A stretch of 64,000 nt of DNA from contig NC_134025.1 in NCBI RefSeq assembly GCF_964204645.1, forward strand, positions 3,286,001 to 3,350,000, written 5' to 3'. Origin of the DNA: Tubulanus polymorphus (Eukaryota > Animalia > Nemertea). Each line of letters opens with the position of its first letter. Positions within the stretch are counted from its first letter, which is position 1. The translations under genes and the position numbers were made by a program. Under the pieces are notes generated by a model. It had not been told where the DNA came from, did no database searches, and worked only from the letters and a program-made list of their open reading frames with translations. Below, in pieces: positions 35,561-49,900 of this stretch.

Positions 35561-38500
35561 TATATATAATATCTATGTTTTGCTTTCATTTCTATTTTCT
35601 ATTGCTGGATCCGACGAGAGGACAGTCTAGAGGCGATTCTGCACACAGCGGTATACGAGGTTGAGGAAGGAAATCGATTTTTTATGCGACTATAAGACTA
35701 GACATTCTAGGTCAACGTCCCACGTGTAGCTCCTCAGTTGGCAAGTTTCCAGAATGTTGCGGCGCGGGAAGAGCAAGACGTTTACATTGTATACATTTTG
35801 ACCATGGAATTTTTTCCGAAGGCGTTACCTTCGTGACTGTCATCATTAACGACAGCTTTCACCAGTGACTGATACGCCCATTGGTATTGCGTAACCACAT
35901 AACATTGATAACATCAAAACCCATTACTTAAACATATATTTGGTAAATCGCATAGATAAAACGACCCCAGATGATGATATCGGCTGATGGATGAAATGAG
36001 CAGTCAGGATTCAACTTAAGTTAGATAAAAATGAAGATTTTATGGAGAATAAACAACTCATGAATTTACTATGCACTGATATATTCAATACAAAATCGTA
36101 ATGCAGTTAAACTGAAAACAGGAAAGAGAATGCGACTAGCTTGAAATTCAAATATCACATTTTGCAGGATCTAAATCTGAATGCACTTTTATGTAGGCCG
36201 GATGCATAGACCCAAGTACTGAATAAATTCCTTTACAAAACACGGAACAATAATCAAGCCCCTTTTATGTTCATTCCTTCATTTCAAATTTGCTAAAAGA
36301 AGCTATTGACATCAATTCTATAGGCGAAAGAAGATATCTATAGGGACCGGTTCGGTAAGCTAACACAAGATGCTATTGAATTCTACAGATGCGGAACACA
36401 ACAATGGCAGGTAGTTATAGATGAATTCAATAGATTATTTCTGGCTGTGGAATACTTGTCACGGTTTGAGGCAAGAAAATAACTATGCCGGTCTTTTCAT
36501 GAGAAAATGGACCCAAAATGGACCGCTGTAGGCTGAAGCATTAGTGAATCATCGGACTTGATCCTATTCAATAGTTTGACATTTTAACGGAATATTCATT
36601 TGATTTATGAGCATGGAAATTATTCTATGAAATAGGAATCCCGTAAAGCACCCAACTATAGTAGCTTACGTATTTCGGATGTATACAAAATGAGAACTAG
36701 GAAGTTAGAATATTAATAATATTATGATTTTGCATCAAATAATCAAATGCCAGGTAATATAATATCCATACACGTTTCTAATAGTTTCCCAAATGACCGA
36801 TTTTTGATATTTTTGAGGCACGTCCATAGGTATGTCCATAGTAACAAACCGAATACTCTAGATAAAGTTTCTGATGTCCAGCACTTATGAGTCCAGTGAG
36901 TGATCTTGAACGATTTTTTTCATTGAAATGAATCTAGCCAGGATATTTCATGAATGGCCATAAGTACACTTGACCAAATACCTATATTTCATCTATAACC
37001 CGGACCAGCCATATAAATTAGATTACCTGATCTATTTATTTCGAAAGATGAAATTGATTGAAACCTGCTCATCAAACATTTTCAGGTGGGTGAAGACGAG
37101 ACGGCTTCAATTGAATCAACGATAAAGACTGTTCTAGAATATGAAAGAAGTCAAACACGATCATCTTTTTAATGCAATTTTTATGATACTCTGAGCTTTC
37201 ACAGATGGCCAAGTCAGAGATGTGTATCAGAATATTCAATATAGACGTGATAGTTTGAAAGGACAAGAGATGCAGTGAACACTGATTAGAATAAAGCCCA
37301 CGGCGCTCAACAATCGCTACACCTTAGCAATTCTATAGCTCTATTGTCAGGCTTTGTAATAAAAGAGGAGCAAAAAAGTGTAAAGGAATTTCGACAGAGG
37401 ATCTATTAAAACTGCCGCGTTGTTTTTCGGACTCGTACTTTTAGCAGGTTGCCAGTCAACATGTGATGCAGGTGAAGAACGAGAGCGAGAAGATGAGTTG
37501 AAAAAGTTTATTCGAAAATCGACCTCAATAAAAAGAACTTCAAATAACAACCTCTTTGGAAACATGCAAGTGATGATGTATATACTGTTTTTTTTTTTTA
37601 TTCACTGATTGATTTATAATAAGTGATCCAAAATTTCAAGAAAATGTTGCTTATGTTAACAAAACGGATATTAGGTGACGCATGTGAAATGGGAATACTT
37701 GTTCTAACGTTTTATGTAATTTTCTCATACTTAAACTGCGGGGAACATAAACTCATTTCTGACCCCGTACTGGGATGAAACAAGTCGTGGACTTGCATGC
37801 TGCGGTGATTCATCGCTACAGCATTCCAGCAAACCCTTATATGTCTATTAATATTATTATTACTGCAGCTTTAAAATCAAGCCATAATGAAACTTATACG
37901 AATCGAGTAATAGCGATAAGGATACAGCCTGCATCAGTACGGAAATCGGATTCCAACTTTATCAAGAACAAATAGTTTCATACTCGGTTTATGAATGCCA
38001 GACCATTGTTTCAGTATTAACATTTGTTCGGAGACTAGGTTTCATTGATGATAGATCGAGTTTATAGATAATGTGAATATAGCGGGACGCCGCATCATCA
38101 ACAAGTGTTTACGACAACGGGTACGGAACTAATGACACATGAAAAAGATTATTTTTTTCGCTATGAAAAAAATGAAGAACAAATTCTGCTATATATCCCT
38201 GCAATAAGATAACTCATTTTCATAATTTATATTTTTACCATACATAAAAAAAGTTCCGATATATCTAATACATTTAAATTGCTACTATATAAAAATATGA
38301 TATGATGTGTACGGATCATAATTAAACCAATTTCTCCCTTGAAGAAAATATTTACAATGGACTGTCATAATTCATTCATATAATGAATTAATGAAGTTGA
38401 CCTAGCCTGAGAAAGACCGGGGGAAGCTATTATAGTTTCAAAGATAATACATTAGTAGACTAGTACAAAGTACGCGGAGCAGAGTTTTACTGATATTTTG

Positions 38501-41500
38501 GTTGCAAATGGAAAGGAAATATAAAAAGTATTAAGACTTTAAGGTAAAATGGGTGCGGCAAATTCAGGATAATTACAATTATGACGTCATTTGAATGAAA
38601 TCTGGGAAAAACCCATGCACCATGCTGCGAATCACATGCATTGTCTCTTTGTTTCGTTGCTCGCAATGATTGATGCACATTCCTAGAATAATGATTCATA
38701 GAATCTTTGAAATCATCTACTTCATCCTCTGTAGCATTGCGGCGATTAATTTTGGAAAATCTGGACACTAGACGCTCTTCTGCATCAGAGAAAATGAATG
38801 ACTGTAATCATATGGAAAGGCACTTGTGTGTAAAATTTAGCCAGGCAGGTGCATCAATGGGGGCCTATTGTCAACCGACTAGTTTATCATTTCTGAAGAG
38901 TAAAAACGTGCTAGTGTTGTCAAAGGGCAATTAACAATCACATTATAATTATATAGAATATGGTTTTAAAATTGCATTCACACAATTACGGAGAATGTCT
39001 TGTTTCTGATGAGTGATCCCGCATACACGGTTAAGTATTCGATTATCCTCTCTTAGCTACAGCTACCCACGGTATACCATTGTGTTTTACGCTTGTGACC
39101 AGTTGTCAAATATCGGTAAAATGAAACGCCGTCAGCATGAACTGCCTCCAAGCTACCTCAAAAATATCACTCGCACAAGATGATGAATTAGAATCGGCCC
39201 GATTGTCGATTTCTATATAAATACGTATCAGGTCATCACAGGACAATTACTGATACCAATTACTTTACCCACATCGAAAATAATTACACCATAAATTCAT
39301 TCTCTTCTATACGCGCTGCTAACTTCATATATAATCTATATACATAGAGACATATTCTGGAAAAATGTTGTATTCATACATCACATATTTACAGGCTGTA
39401 TAATTTACAGTTAATATATTTGCTGGACATGAAATACACCGGATAAGACTTAAATATATTTGTATTTCTACATCGCTGTTTTCCAAACACTAATGTCAAC
39501 TTTCGCGAAGCAAAAATCTTTTTACAAGAAAAAAACAACATCAAGGTATTACACTGGAATTGTTGCAAAGAAGGTCATGAAATAATCTGTAGTGTCCCCA
39601 TATTTTCATAACTCATTAAAAAAAAACAAAAAATATCGCTATTGGGAACAAGGTCATTAATTTGTAATTAAATCTTCATTACACCAGTTCAGGGACTGAG
39701 AAGTAAATAGTGTTGAGTTACATAAGCTCTTCAATATTACTCAAGTGAAATACCTGAACAAAACTCAATGTTCAATTGAGGAACTATAAAGTAAATTCAG
39801 CCGTATTCGCTTATTAAGAATACAATAGCTACTTGTCTTCAGTAGTTGTAATTCATCGTTAGAGAGGATCTGTGTAAACTTCAAAGAAATCTTACAGGGA
39901 TATTCTACGTACTATAGTACGTATTACGATCATAATGTGCTTGCTACATACGAACAATGCATGGAAATCATGGAAATTACGTACATGATGTGAGAAATTC
40001 TGAACACACTTTTATATAATAGTCACATAATTAACCGATTAATAAGGCATTTTTAAGCCCATATACATCTAATAAATACTTATCCATCTGAATCGAAAAT
40101 AATTTTTCTCTTGCGTAACAAATAGATTAGCCGCAATCGCCCGTTTTACGGCTGAATTTTCAAATAAAGTTTTCGCAAGTTGAGATTTCGGTAAGTCATA
40201 ACAAAATCCTTACAAAATGAACTTCTTATGAACTTTTGACTGCTGACCAAAGAGTTTGCAGTGAACAAACACAACTCAATGACTTCGCTATGATTGTCGA
40301 GTGTCACTGAAAAGGTAGCTCAATGAAAGCAAATAAAAATGTCTGAAAACTAAAAACATGCACCAATATTTCAGACATTCTAATAAGAATGGCCTTGAGC
40401 GGTTCCTAGAAATGTAGGGCATATTTCCAGTTAACCTAACTAATAAACATGCGGTTTTGGAGAAAGTGTTTGAAAAAAAGTAGCAACAAGTACTTAGCGT
40501 TGATCATACATGACGGTACAAGGGAATCATCTTTTCAATGTAGATACATCATTTCGATCCCAGTTTTATTCATATAAGAGTATGATAAAACGGGTTTGAA
40601 CCCCCAATGAGAGCGCAGGTAATTATACAAGAATTTACCATACAATATATCAAGCGAAATACTTTCACGCAAAACAATATGTAACTGGTTTAATCGTGTC
40701 AGAAGGTCAGTCACTTCCGTTTAGACTCAATTCAATCATGACGCAAAATCTAACTACCAGATCAACCCATTTTCTTGTGCATTACTTATCACATTTTCAT
40801 GTAATTTCCCAGTTCTAATAAAAGATAAAAAAATGAACAGGTCGGGTTTTAATGCCACTCATTGTTGTCAATAAATCTGAACAGGAAGTCGTCCATCAGA
40901 AAATACTTTTATTTCGACTAAAAGAACATATTTTGTTACAGATCAAAACATTGTTATTTATCCGGAATAAAATATAATCATTCGGTCCAGTGGAAATATA
41001 CCGGTACTGTATATACATATACATATATTTAATTTATTATGACAAGCGGGATATGCGCGGAATATTCACATGATTCAATAATTTCTTGGATATTCATTAT
41101 CAATGGAAAACGGTCGAATCGAATTTAGTGAAATAAAACTACGAGACTTTACTTTGTTATGTAATCTGAACCCTTATGCAACAGTGCATGACAACATTCT
41201 CACATAAAAAACCACATGAACTAGGTCTCATCCTGTTCAAAGTCAGTAAAGTCAAGTGAATCAAGATGTGCTGCGGTATGGAAACAGTAATATGATAGAA
41301 AACAGTGGTATTGCGCTCTGCAGTTGTGTGCTATATAGATTTTACTAATATAGACTTTGTCAATGTATGCTCGAACGTAAGTTCTCTAGTTTATATACAT
41401 CAACTACTAAAAAGTAAGGTGACAGGAAAAGTTTTGAAACTGAAATATTATTTACTCGTCTCAGTGGCATTTACATATAGGAATAATTTCTATACGAGAG

Positions 41501-44500
41501 TTTACCAGGAGCTGTCAAGTATAGCTGTCAAGTATGGCCGCCCTGCGCGCGTACATCAGATATTTCAATATCTATAGCCGAACTTTTGTACGTAGTAACT
41601 CATGAGAATGGTGGAGAAACACCAAAAATAAACAGTGAATTTCAATATGTCACATCCTTTCAGACTTTGCAAAATTATGTAACTTTACACCCTCGTTAGA
41701 TGAATTTCGCCTGTGGGTCGATTGCCAATCCGGCCTCCATCTTCATCATGAATGGACCCCACCTTTGATTATTTTATTAAGTGATGACTTAGCGATGGGG
41801 GTGGACACAGGAACATATTGGATCGTGGCTACCATCGACTATTATTGTACCCATGGATACATGTTGTCATGAGCCTGGTGGTTTCAACCTCCAGGGAGAT
41901 GTTGTGTATTGGACCCTCAAATTGGAAGAATAATTGGGAAAGCTAACTGTTAACATGAAACATAATATTAGGTGTTAACTTGATGTCATGAGAACCTCTC
42001 ATGAATATATTTTTATTAGCTAATTTAGATTTAGAAATAGCGCTCAACGTGTGCCAGTTCGTAGGTATTGCAGCTGCTTGGCCCAAATTTGTTGAACAGC
42101 CAATTTTTAGATATTTTTTTGGTCGTAAAGATTGTCTTTGTTCGCAATAACATTTTTTAATCTAGGAAAACATCGGCTCAACAGAACATCCGTACAAATG
42201 TTTTTGTTTACAAAATTATGTTGCAAAAATCTGGCACATGGTCAAATGACAATATCTCTGGCCTATGCAATGACAAACTTTTCATATAATTACATATACT
42301 ATTATTTATGACCTACATGCTAAATTGGTTTGATGTTTACATTTCTAGTGAAATGAAGTAGCTACAAATTTTTGTCGTAAGAAGCAATTGATTTTCCTAA
42401 AAGCCCTAGAACCAAGGAGATAATTAATGTCACAAAAATATTGATCCCTGCGCCAATCCCAGACACCTGATGATCAGGTGTTTTTTTTTCGTTTTCCTTA
42501 AATCTTATCTGAAAATTTTATGTCAATGTTGTGACAAGGAAATCATATACTTTGACAAAACATTCACATTTGTAGCAGCACAGGGCTATCAGATTACTAG
42601 TGTGACCTACAGGGAAGTTGTCTTGTAAATATTCTGGAATACGTAACAGGATATAAGTAATCTGCTTTGCAAATAAGTATGCATGTATGCCACCATATGA
42701 TTTGATACTCCAAGTCGTCTGAGGGCCATAGTCCATACCTGCGACCTTTAAATAACTAAATGAATATCTACAAGAAACAGTACTTCAACTTTATACCCAT
42801 TTTAATCATTCTACTGAGATGTCCAGGTTCCTAAAGCAGGAAATGGTGATCATATATATATAAATATACTCATTATTTAATGATTAGTAGATACGGATGC
42901 TCACTAAAAAGCCCCAGGGCATTTACAATATATAGAATATCGTTATCTTTAAGCAGATTTAAGATCCCAATCCCTTGTATGCTGACCCCAACCTATTTAC
43001 GAATATATAATAAGAGGATAATGTGGTCATTTTCGATAGAAACATCACCTTTTGATGTTGCCTTTGAGGTAACAATAGGGCGCCATACTTCAGTAGCTTA
43101 GTTATCTATGACAAGAGGTTTATAACAGGTTTGTGGTGTATGAACCTGTTTTATAAGCCAACCATCCTCGCTATTGTCAAATGGAACATTATTAGTTTCT
43201 TACTCGCTACCACTCCTATCAGTGCAGGATTTTCTCAGAATAAGGATTCTACAGATCACCTGATGTTGACGTTTTGAGGATCTTTTAACATTATGCAATT
43301 CAAACTCACGAGTTCCGAGAATTAAAAAACACGGTTTTTTTTTCATTAATGCCGTGCACGGAGATTCCTGGAATAAATGAACTGAATAAAAGAAAAGATC
43401 CAGGTTTTTGTTTTGTAGGAACGCTTTATCAGGCACAGACATATTATCGAAAACACTTCAATAATCAACCGATATCACCATTCATCATTCATCATTTAAC
43501 ACAAGAAAAAAATCAATTAAAATGTTCAAGATATAAAAATCGTTCTACAATTTCCACAATGATAAGTCGCAGAGGTTATCAATGTTTATAGGTTTTTGCA
43601 AAAGGTTGACCGTAATGTTAGTTTAAAGCAGGACTTAATAAGCCGACTTAACCATCAAATCGTTTCAATTGAAATAAATTCAACACTAATAAATCTCATA
43701 GTAAATAGCGCGATTATTATAATGAATTCTACTACGAATAAATAAGCAATGTAATGAAATAGTAAAATACAGTTTTACTTCACGATACTAAACCATATTT
43801 AGTTCTCAAAGACTATTTGTTATTGTTGCATATTAGCTGCGCGGTAGTCGGCTGCTGTTATTTCCAGAGTAATTTTCTATATGCGGTAATTATGTAGGCT
43901 ATGGGGATTTCACAATAATATATGGAGATAGGCATGTGATATGGGGTGATCGGAATCATAGTCATATATCTCCCCTAAACGGAAATGACTTCATCTAAAA
44001 AATCAGGTCTAAAAGCCACAAACCACGCAAACAGTACGATTCCATATCAATTCATGGAACAATCATAAGTATGTCTACGTGAAACCAGAAAAGTTTACAT
44101 TGACCTTTTATAAAATGTTGGTGGTTGCACAGAGACAGGCATCAGCGAAATTTAACCATTCTATTCACTGATGAATGACAGAACTCGCGAGTCGAAAATT
44201 AGTAGTGTATTACAATATTACCTTAGACTTATTGTTTGAAGCAGATTAAAATGATAACTGATATCAGATATCGCAGTTAAAGGCAAAGGTCATACAATAT
44301 TACTAGAAATCTTAATCTTATCGGTATTAAGGCTTTACTACTCGTTACTAACACTGACTGTATCGTATAATCTGTGTATGTCTGTATAAATGAATTAGAA
44401 CTGATAAGTTCTTTTATCTTAAGTCTAGAATCAATTAATGACTTCAGATAATGGCGTGGTTGGTAACTATAGAAAATATTGTCAAAGTCATAGTTTCAGG

Positions 44501-46861
44501 TTATCACAACAGACGGCGCTGAGATACAGCGTCAGTTGACGGAATGATCCACGTTATTGGCTGGAAGTTTTTCTATAGAGGGAATTTCAAAAAGCGGAAT
44601 CATTTATTCATGCATGTGGACGTATATACATCCATGGAATGGAACGAAAATTTACCAATGATGTGATTCGTCGATTGTTCTTATCATTCTCAAAGGTCCA
44701 AGTTTGAGTCATGGGCATATAGGTCTATGATATGACCAATATGTCCTATATGGCCGGGCTCTTTTATCTAGTCTATCGTATATACATATTTACTTTACCC
44801 ACCTGCACCCATATTTGACTAACGATATCTTCAAGACCCCATTACAATGTATGTATAAAGAAGGTATCCAGGAATCAATGATTTACAACAGGCGATGGAA
44901 TTTCGTATTTACAATAGCCTCAGGTATCCTACTCAATGGACATCGAGAAGAGATTTCTGAACCCAATTTCACCACGTGTGAAACCTCAAAACGTCACTTT
45001 TCTTTTGAAATATAAACGTCATCTATCTTATTGATGTAAATTCCCTCCCTCATCATTTAGGTGCGAGTGTGACAGAAGTTTGCCAGCCAGGAGAAAGTAG
45101 ACCCACCTAGTTCATTACTCAACAATTGTTACAATACTCACTAAAGATGACCTGCATATAGATTATAGGGCTGAGGGTGAATGAAAGCATCACTTTTTTA
45201 GTTACATGACAAAAGTCTACATTGTACCCGGAATCTTTCCAAAATTGATCAAGTACTAATTGACACAGAGGACTGAAGAGATTCAATAAGGAGGATCGAA
45301 GCCAATAAAGCAAACATAGTTATCGGGAGCGAGCCATATAACCTTAACTGTCTCAAGAGTCAGCTTCCTTGTTTGGAGTAGTTGAGACTTGAGGAAGCTG
45401 TTTGCCTTTGCTGATATGACCCAGCTATAACCATTCTTATTACAAACATTAACCTTTAGGCATCATTATAATAGTTTTCTATAGAGAAAGGGAGTGACTA
45501 CAGTGAAATATAAGTACTCCAATATAGAGAGGTCTGATTGTAGTAATAGTCATGGTCTCAGATTATTGGGCTCATTATCGTGGTTCTAGAAATCTAGCTA
45601 CTGCCAAAACTGACCACGACATATTAGAGTTAAAACCCGAGATATCGAACCAATTTGACCTGGAATATTCAAGACATATCTCATATAGACTTTAAACCTC
45701 GACAAGAACGAAAACACTCAAAACTAGGAATGAATATGAATGACATGTTGATTCATAAAGACACCAAGGCCATCTCGTCTTCGTAGTAGAAACGGCGGAA
45801 AAATATTCAAAATTGAATTTAATTGAATTGTACTACTTTTTATTGATCAGTTATATGCGTATACAAATATGATGCTCATTGGATTGTTACAATAGAAAGT
45901 GACTATTATATCATAACGTAACAAATAAATAATATATAACGTTGTTTCCTGTACACGTTTGTTCATTAGAATATTTTTACTATTTATTGAGGTATAATAA
46001 ATATACATAATACTGAGACACTAAACTACATATTCTTATCAAACTAATGGCGCTTACAAAAAGTCACATAAATCACAATTAACCGCGTTAGATCTTGTTA
46101 AACTTTTAACCCCGGTTGAAAAATTATTAGAAAATTTAGATAAGCCGGCCTCGCGTATTTCAAAATCCATCCATGCATAAATATCATATGTTGGTCCATA
46201 CTAGTCACTATATTTCGCGGTTTATTGCCAAAAACAATATAATGAATCACTCAATGCGAGGGATCAAATACAGACTTCATAAAGATCGTAGATAAGTGAA
46301 ACGATAAACACCGTAACCTCGAGCCATGGAACAAATACTGACATCGTAGCTAAACTTCATGTACGTTCAGAGATAACTCTGTCTCCATCAGCAGTTAACA
46401 CCATACTCAATACCCAGATAATAACAACATAAACATCGTTACTGATTTACAGTTATTCCGTCCGTCAGTCAGTCAGGCGGCACCGATATTGTCTGCATTA
46501 CAGATATTTCTAAGAGATAACTTTTCAATTCGAATTTTAACTCGTGAACGGCAAAAACAGCCCCGGATACCACAGGAAATAAACAATTATTTCATTTGAC
46601 TGATTTTTGTAGCCGTAGAAAATGACGACTCATTTATTTTCTAGTTGAGATAACATTTACCTGCAAGTACCTGTCGAAAATTAGCCGTTTATCAGTTTAA
46701 AAATAGTCGAACAGAAAGCAGACGATAGTGAGATCAAAAGAAACCCATTTCTAATTATTACGCAACAGCGGTTACTGATATTGTCTCAGGTGAATCATTT
46801 ACAGCAATCATACGTTGTCTTTGTTTTTACGTTCAAACATAGCTAGATATATAATCATCAA

Positions 46862-46947
46862 CTAATAGACGGATTGTGGAATATCAGTTCTAACTCGAAT
46901 CTTCTGTAAACCAGGGTCAGTTCCATCGTAGCAATCAATACCGTCAT
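46862..46947 (-). CDS. RAD51B: Distal terminal coding exon of RAD51B (absent from the ORF track)
   Basis: cattacag acceptor, then (D)DGIDCYDGTDPGLQKIRVRTDIPQSVY*. The phase matches the phase-1 AG|GCAAGT donor at 54742. Minus-strand AATAAA at 46638-46633. Confidence 0.8.
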
Positions 46948-49900
46948 CTGTAATGATAATAAGAACCAAAAAAATATGATTAGCGTGATACGAATAACTG
47001 ATACGATAGTTGAAACATCGTTAGATTCAGGTTAGGCCGGTTGACACGAAGCGGGACTGAAATTTCAAATCATCAAACAAAACTTCTGTTAACTCGACCG
47101 ATCATCCGACTGTATCATCCTCCCTCTCGGCTTGATTCGAACCCGATATATCAAGACTTCCACGGCTGGAGTCTATCTAACGACGCCATCAAGTTTGAAT
47201 ACCTGTCGGGGGGTACTTCGATTTCCGTTTTCGAAATCGAACCTCCTGTTTCGTTCAGGTCAGGTGTGGTGGGTTTGTGGGACACAAACTCGAATCAAAA
47301 TCATTCAAACAAATGCATAAGAGGGACAATCCCTATTTCAGGATCAAAATTACTGAATGTTCAATTCCGAGGTTGAGTATGGAGGGTCTATAGTTGTAAT
47401 CGAATACAATCGTTCCCACTGGGACTGATAAAAACTCTCACCGACTCCAGAAGGATCTACCACCTGCCCGGTACACAATCCGTTCTAATGCTATTTTAAT
47501 ACAGTGAAATATAATACGATTAAGTTCATTAATAACAAAGTCTTGTGCTGAAGAGGAAGTGGTAAACTATAATTTCCTGTTACTCTCCAACCATAACATA
47601 ACAGTACTTCAGGTCTGGTAAGACACTGATAAGCGGCAAACTTTTCAACGGATGTCTCCAGTCGTGTACTTTTATGATCAGGTGTGAAAATTTAATCTCG
47701 AGATATTTCATGAAGACACAAAAACACGAAGCATCGACGCAAAGTGACTTCGGACAAATCCTAAACTCGAGAACCGAGGGACGAACCGTGGACAAACAGA
47801 ACGTATCAAATTAATGTTCAGATTGAATTCATAGTAATTGCAACAATGGAGCTTCTATACACTTCGTCAATTATAACATTCATAGATAGTATAATGTGTC
47901 ATTGGAAGACAATTGTCATTGGCATTAAGTAACATTTCACCGAATAACTAGTTCTGGAATATCATTTAATATTAATCATAAAAGGAGGACAGCCTCGAGG
48001 GAATGACATTGAAAGCATCTGTTACTGCAGCTGTTTTTTGAATCGAATTGAAAATGAAGTTTATTCGGAACTTTGTTAGAGAACCAAAAAGTAGTTTATA
48101 TCGGTGATGTCTTACATCAGGCTATTGTGATAGAAGCAACAGCAGGAGACACGTTTTTTAATGAAAGAAATACAAACCACATTTTTGGGTCATAGAAACT
48201 GGGTGATACTCTCTTCAAACTGTCAAACCAGAGAATTACGCAACAACAGCCGAAATATTTATAGATGTTGTGGTTAGATAAAGCTAGGCGGGAGTGAGAT
48301 GGACAAGAACAACTGTCGAAACAGGTAGACTAGTTTCCCACCAGATAATCAGAGATCAACGTAAACAAAATACAGGTGAACTTAAACCTTATTATCAGCT
48401 TCTCACAAATAACAGAATATAATCAAAAGCGAGTTGAGTCTGTTCGTGTTTACAAAAACATCCATTTATTCATCAATACAAATACTTAACTCGGCTGAAC
48501 CCTCGTCTCAAAGCTGACCATTATTATCTGTTTACTCCAGGTGAATACGTTCTTTCTAGGGGGGAAACGGTTTCGTGTAAATGGCTTAAACGTCATCAAC
48601 TCCATTCGAACATAAAGAACACAAATTATTTTTTGGATATTGTGCATCATTTACTTTCCCTCCCACGATAAGAGCGAAAGGTTTTTCCCTGGAAGTATTT
48701 CCAGATGTTAAACTGGCTCTACGCACTGACAGTTCTAACTGCTACACCATCTACACCTGTGTTTATTTGTCTTTGCTTCGTAATTGCCCTGTTTCACAAG
48801 AAAATCGGTAATCGAGCAGGTCAATATACTGTAGCAAACTAATTAATAAACCATGTTTAAATGTCTTATGGAAAATCAGCGAAGATTAGAAGAAATGAGA
48901 AACCTTTAGAGTTTGTCTCAATTTCATCATTTTGACTGAAAAGGTAGAAAGTTCACTATGATACGCCACTGAGTATGTAATACGAAGATTTATTAAGAGA
49001 TCAAGGGAAACTGAACGATGATGGGAAACTTAGAAATCATAATATTTACATTTGGTCAAACTGTTGAGGCTATTTGAGTTATTCATCTGTACTGTCTAGT
49101 TTAAATGGGATTGTGTCAAGCTTATCTCAACAATTATGGACATGAAGATATTGAGTCAGTGGTTTCCCAGGCCAATTATAACTCGAATGTAACTGCCAAT
49201 TCCATCTGCTCTCATCACTGGCGCATAGATCACGTTATATCTGTGGCCATCTGTCAACTATTCTAATAGCTACTAACAACTTAAAATAAATTGGAAATTC
49301 ATTCAACAATTCATAAATTGTGATCGCATCTTCCCGCACGACATGTACTTTCTTTCACAGTGTTGAATATAGAAGGTCATCCGAGGTCATGGCTCCGCGC
49401 AGAATGATTATCCTCGTTGTGATTGGGTTAAACGCCACTGTCATCACAAATATTGTACCCGTAATATTCGATCATGATAATATTTTCCATGTTTATGGTC
49501 AGTAAAGTTGACAATTGAAGACACATTCATAAAAGTTGCATTTCTATCAATGTTCGCACATGATTTGTGGTTTTCTCTCTTTAGAGAAGCAATATGGTTC
49601 ACTAAACAAGTTATAGGTCCACGGTTTGATCTCATGAATATTCTTCCAAAAAAGATCCATAGACCGCATCATAATAATAGAAGATGCTCGTAGTCATCAA
49701 TGGCGTGGCCACAATGAAGAGTTCCGTAAAGGACACCTGTGTGACAATGGCAGCCACAAGAAGAATAGCCCAGGGCCAGGTAAAAAGGATTTGGGTAGTG
49801 GTGCTGTTCCATCAACAAAAAAAAAAAAAAACATCAATTCGAAATTGCTCGTTTATGAATGTTTTTTATTGCAACAACAATGAAAATCATCAAAGACGTC

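Noticed and set aside
44160-44210. Second hammerhead-like motif (ctgatga...gtcgaaa)
   Set aside because: Extra bases after CUGAUGA and no plausible stem I or stem III pairing.
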